This document shows, one piece after another, positions 62,890 through 64,000 of a stretch of 64,000 nucleotides of DNA. A program made the position numbers and the translations under genes. Each line of letters opens with the position of its first letter. The first letter of the stretch is position 1. The notes beneath the pieces are model-generated. The model saw only the letters and a program-made list of their open reading frames with translations, was not told the DNA's origin and did no database searches. This DNA is from Ostrea edulis (lineage: Eukaryota): contig NC_079164.1 in assembly GCF_947568905.1 (NCBI RefSeq), forward strand, positions 76,012,001 to 76,076,000, read 5' to 3'.

Positions 62890-63158
62890 GAAGACTTACC
62901 CGTCATGATCGAGTAAAAATTGGGATACGAAAAGCTGGGGTACACGGGAATCATATACTCAGCTTTTACTCCTTGTTCATAAATCCTTTGAAATCCAGGC
63001 AGCATTTGTCCACCCTGTTCTAAGTAGTCCCATCTGAACCCATCCAGTAAAATTACAAGCAGTCGTGGTCCAAATGCGTTTACAGCGAACGAAATAAAAA
63101 ATAAAAAGAATGTCCCAAGGAAGAGACATTTTCGATAGATAAAGTTGCAACACTTCAT
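53265..63158 (-). CDS. ENPP6: ENPP6-like ectonucleotide pyrophosphatase/phosphodiesterase (glycerophosphocholine choline phosphodiesterase-like), copy B, intact, 443 aa
   Basis: Exons 63158-62900, 62092-61935, 59961-59796, 58696-58410, 57939-57760, 53780-53666, 53431-53265 (1332 nt including TGA). Signal peptide, LLDGFRWDY, PSFSYPNFYSIMTG (Ser nucleophile as in ENPP6), VDHYGH, SDHGM, HGYDN, NVELYQLMCDIL. Confidence 0.9.
54175..54333 (-). mobile_element. Decayed CORE-type SINE
   Basis: GGAGGAACCGGAGGAAACC core-like motif and rc of a tRNA-like head (GGTTAGCGTAATGGTTAACGC..GAGTTCGATCCT). Confidence 0.55.
54855..55360 (+). pseudogene. Penelope-like reverse transcriptase fragment inserted in a Tc1 remnant
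   Basis: PMDTNCAPLLADLFLHSYE..AFNSTFRYIDNVLSINN..ELEIKDTTESSTSASYLDILL, then frameshifted DKRDDFSFSIVNFP..AYGVY. Confidence 0.85.
55972..57303. mobile_element. TIR element specific to ENPP copy B intron 5
   Basis: GGGCCTGTCCGAAAAC / rc GGGCCTGTCCCGAGAC termini. Absent at the equivalent position in copy A. Internal ORF remnant (VWVILSKVTGRVHS) is vaguely SWIM-associated. No TSD seen. Confidence 0.55.
58245..58368. mobile_element. 124-bp MITE with 5-bp TSD
   Basis: CATAGGCGTAGCTT / rc CAGTGGCGTAGCTT termini. TATTG at 58240-58244 and 58369-58373. Absent from copy A (~37250). Confidence 0.75.
59311..59575 (+). mobile_element. ~265-bp non-coding insertion carrying a hammerhead ribozyme (PLE pseudo-LTR or retrozyme-like monomer)
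   Basis: Flanks align to contiguous sequence in copy A (~40795-40830). No ORF. HHR near its 3' end. Confidence 0.7.
59493..59545 (+). ncRNA. Minimal type-I hammerhead ribozyme
   Basis: CUGAAGA (59503-59509), helix II GAC/AUUAUUU/GUC, GAAA (59523-59526), palindromic helix III A-UGCGCA-U, AUC cleavage triplet (cut after 59534). Helix I: UGGUGC-AUCAA pairs with upstream UUGAGAAUCA (one mismatch, one bulge). Confidence 0.8.
60296..61807 (-). mobile_element. HINE/Helentron-type element with ~8 core repeats of ~165 bp, followed by (GA)n
   Basis: AACAAGAGGC..ATCGCTCACCTGAG at one end and GATCAGAAAAGCT..GGTGAACTAAAAA at the other. Inserted at the TT of GACTTTCCGC seen intact in copy A (41517-41526). 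Confidence 0.8.
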
Positions 63159-63334
63159 CTTCTTGGTAGAGAATGTAAAATCTTCCTGCGGGTTAACATT
63201 AACAATACACCTCCATCATCACCAGCGCATTTGAACACAAACGGGAGCGCAAGTCTTGTGTGCGTAAACTTTATCATTTAAACAATGTAGGTCACGAATT
63301 AGACTATCTTATTATTTCCTCTTTGTACACTTAA

Positions 63335-64000
63335 GGTGGATCGATCCTCTTGCGATCATAGTTTTCTTGCAAAAATCTTTATCAAATAAAACTTTACACA
63401 CGAAGCACTCGGGTGTACTAATTGTCGGTAGAAAGGATTTGGACTGAGTATTTTTCAATTTTTCGAAGAAAGGTACGAGAAAAAAGACGGGGATAATTTT
63501 TTGTTGGAGCAAGAACTTTATCTTTAAAAACTCCCACCCAGTCACCTTTTTATAAAACCGCTTGAAAAGAGATCCTGATAAACTGCGAGAAAATGGATAT
63601 ATCGAAGCTAAGCACTACATAATTCTGTTCTGGTCTTCAAATTCAATACACACTCGGATCAACTGACCTTCACCTTGTAACAACATACGCGGTAGAACTT
63701 GTGCTTCCAGTTTCTACCAACTACGAAGTAGATTTACAAAAAAAAAATAAAAAATAAAGATACAAAATAATTGAACTTTTAATTATATAAATAATAGAGT
63801 ATTTAAAATGAAACAACTGAACGGTTTGTTTACTGATTCTGTTTTATTGGTTGAAATTCTTGCCTGTTTACAATATAAAATCTGTATAATTTGTTTTGTT
63901 TTGAACTTATTTTATTGTACATACATTATATACAAAAGGATCAGAAACAAGTTCAAATAACTTATGAGTTACCTCTTATTTATTTGCTTTGAAGGTTATG
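63335..64000. mobile_element. Kolobok-like element (one end; runs out of window or decays)
   Basis: TTAA|GGTGGATCGATC start exactly where alignment to copy A upstream DNA (43150-43180) stops. 63410-63790 is homologous to 1130-1540. Confidence 0.65.

Noticed and set aside
416-63545. Remaining short ORFs in the supplied track
   Set aside because: They are antisense or off-frame to real exons or lie in TE relics or AT-rich introns, with no recognisable domains.

Overview
Eukaryotic, AT-rich, intron-containing DNA. The repeat content suggests an oyster-like bivalve (inference). It holds four spliced host genes: the 3' six exons of a phytanoyl-CoA dioxygenase (PhyH, Fe/2OG) family gene (+, 2522-14432), a complete 7-exon tetraspanin (+, 23727-30051), and two tandem ENPP6-like phosphodiesterase copies (-). 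The copy at 33767-42934 has a 1-bp frameshift; the copy at 53265-63158 is intact (443 aa) and ends in RTDEL rather than a GPI signal. The rest is mobile and repetitive DNA: a near-intact 4.3-kb hAT transposon with a 6-bp TSD, TTAA-flanked Kolobok-like elements, Tc1 and mariner relics, many Penelope-like RT/3'-tail fragments, Helentron-type (HINE) elements, several SINE families, MITEs and two adjacent intronic satellites (28 bp and 35 bp). The most striking non-coding signal is a minimal type-I hammerhead ribozyme (59493-59545) inside a ~265-bp insertion present in only one ENPP paralog. All calls come from manual reading and hand translation; no searches were run, and boundaries marked ~ are approximate.
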